Source: Eledone cirrhosa
Taxonomy: Eukaryota
Length of the DNA stretch: 64,000 nt
NCBI GenBank assembly: GCA_964016885.1
Contig: OZ024743.1
Span: 327,112,001-327,176,000 of the forward strand
Direction: 5' to 3'
Shown piece by piece: positions 62,796 to 64,000 of the stretch (positions are counted from its first letter, which is position 1; each line of letters starts with the position of its first letter). Below the pieces are notes generated by a model. The model was not told where the DNA came from. It ran no database searches and worked only from the letters and a program-made list of their open reading frames with translations. The position numbers and the translations under genes are program-made.

Positions 62796-64000
62796 CTGAA
62801 AAAGAAAAAAGATATTAGGATAAATTTAAGAATCTCTGAAATTGATGTAACATTCCAAAAGTAAATATTCTGTAATTTTATTTTTATCTTACATACATTG
62901 CTGAACAATAGCCTAAAAGTAAACATGGTGAGAGACTGGAGGCTATAGTGTTTGGAAATCAAATGGAGACTATGTAGGGTTCAAGAGAACTCTTCAATCT
63001 GGCCTAACATGTAACAACTTTTCTAATGCTGATGTCATGATAAAATGTACAAATCCCATTCTGTACAGTGGTAGTGGTGGTGCCATGATAAAATGCATCC
63101 AACTCACTCTGTAACGTTATAGTGCTAGTTCCACGGTAAATCACAGCCAAACCACGCTGTAAAGTGGTAGAGGTGCTGCCATGGTAAGAAGCTCTCAACT
63201 TATACTGCAATGTAGTTAGTGCTGGTGCCACAATAAAATGTATCCAACCCACTTTGTAAAGTGGTGGTGCTGGTGCTATGATAAAATGTGCACAACCAAC
63301 TCTGTAAAGTGGTAGTGCTGGTGCCAGAATAATATGTATCCAGTCCATCCTGTAAGTTGGTAGTGCTGGCACCATGATACATACTGCAAAGTGGTTGGCA
63401 TTAGGAAGGGTATCCAGCTGTTGAAACTAGGCCCCAAATGGAACATATGTGCTAGAAGTAGAGTCACTTGACTGGTCTAGCTTCAGTATGTGACAACCTA
63501 TCTAGCCTATGCAATCATGGCAAATAAATGTTTAACAGTGATGATGTGGATGACACTATCTTCAAGAAGGTCTGAAGTGTCTTTTGAAAATCAGAAGTAT
63601 CAGCTGATAGTTATAATCTTTAAATTGCTTCTTTGAGACAGCTAGCCATAGTCATGTTTTGATGTAAAGTTTGTCTTTGATTCAGATGATTATATCATCT
63701 TCATATAATATTTGTTTTTTTTCTGAAAGGAATGATAGGACAGAGTGGACTGGGTGCTTTTTGTCATATCACCAACATTGTCTTATCACCTTCAAAGATT
63801 TTAGCAGCATAAAGTACCCAGTCCACACTGTAAAGTCGTTGGTGATAGGAAGGGCATCCAGCCGTAGAAACCAAGCCAAAATAAAAATATATATGAGCAT
63901 GATGGTCTCTGGACCAAATTGTCTTATAACGTGACGACCTGTCTAACCCATGCAAATGTAGAAAAATGGTCGTTAAATGGTGATAATAATAATGAAATTA

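Overview
Eukaryotic, AT-rich, repeat-dense genomic DNA. The repeat repertoire (tRNA-headed SINEs, RTE LINEs with (GAT)n tails, long (TA)n/(CA)n tracts, TTAA-flanked MITEs) suggests an octopod cephalopod, but this is inference. Bases 1-20.2 kb are an almost gapless pile-up of young RTE-clade LINE copies and their partner SINE, nearly all bounded by (TA)n microsatellites. The dominant RTE family has a C4HC3 PHD-like finger inserted inside its reverse transcriptase domain. A second RTE family lacks that finger but has C-terminal C2H2 fingers. Bases 20-64 kb hold older, decayed repeats (RTE, CR1, Penelope-like, CRE/HERO-like, SINEs, piggyBac-type MITEs, foldbacks, 48-bp minisatellites). The one clear host gene is coding exon 1 of AGFG1 (ArfGAP with FG repeats; minus strand, 33910-34073), which the ORF track misses. 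No exon 2 was found by eye, so the left 33.9 kb is probably its first intron. A possible terminal exon of an unidentified upstream gene lies at 62714-62795. No rRNA, true tRNA or CRISPR was found. Repeat boundaries were read by eye and are approximate.
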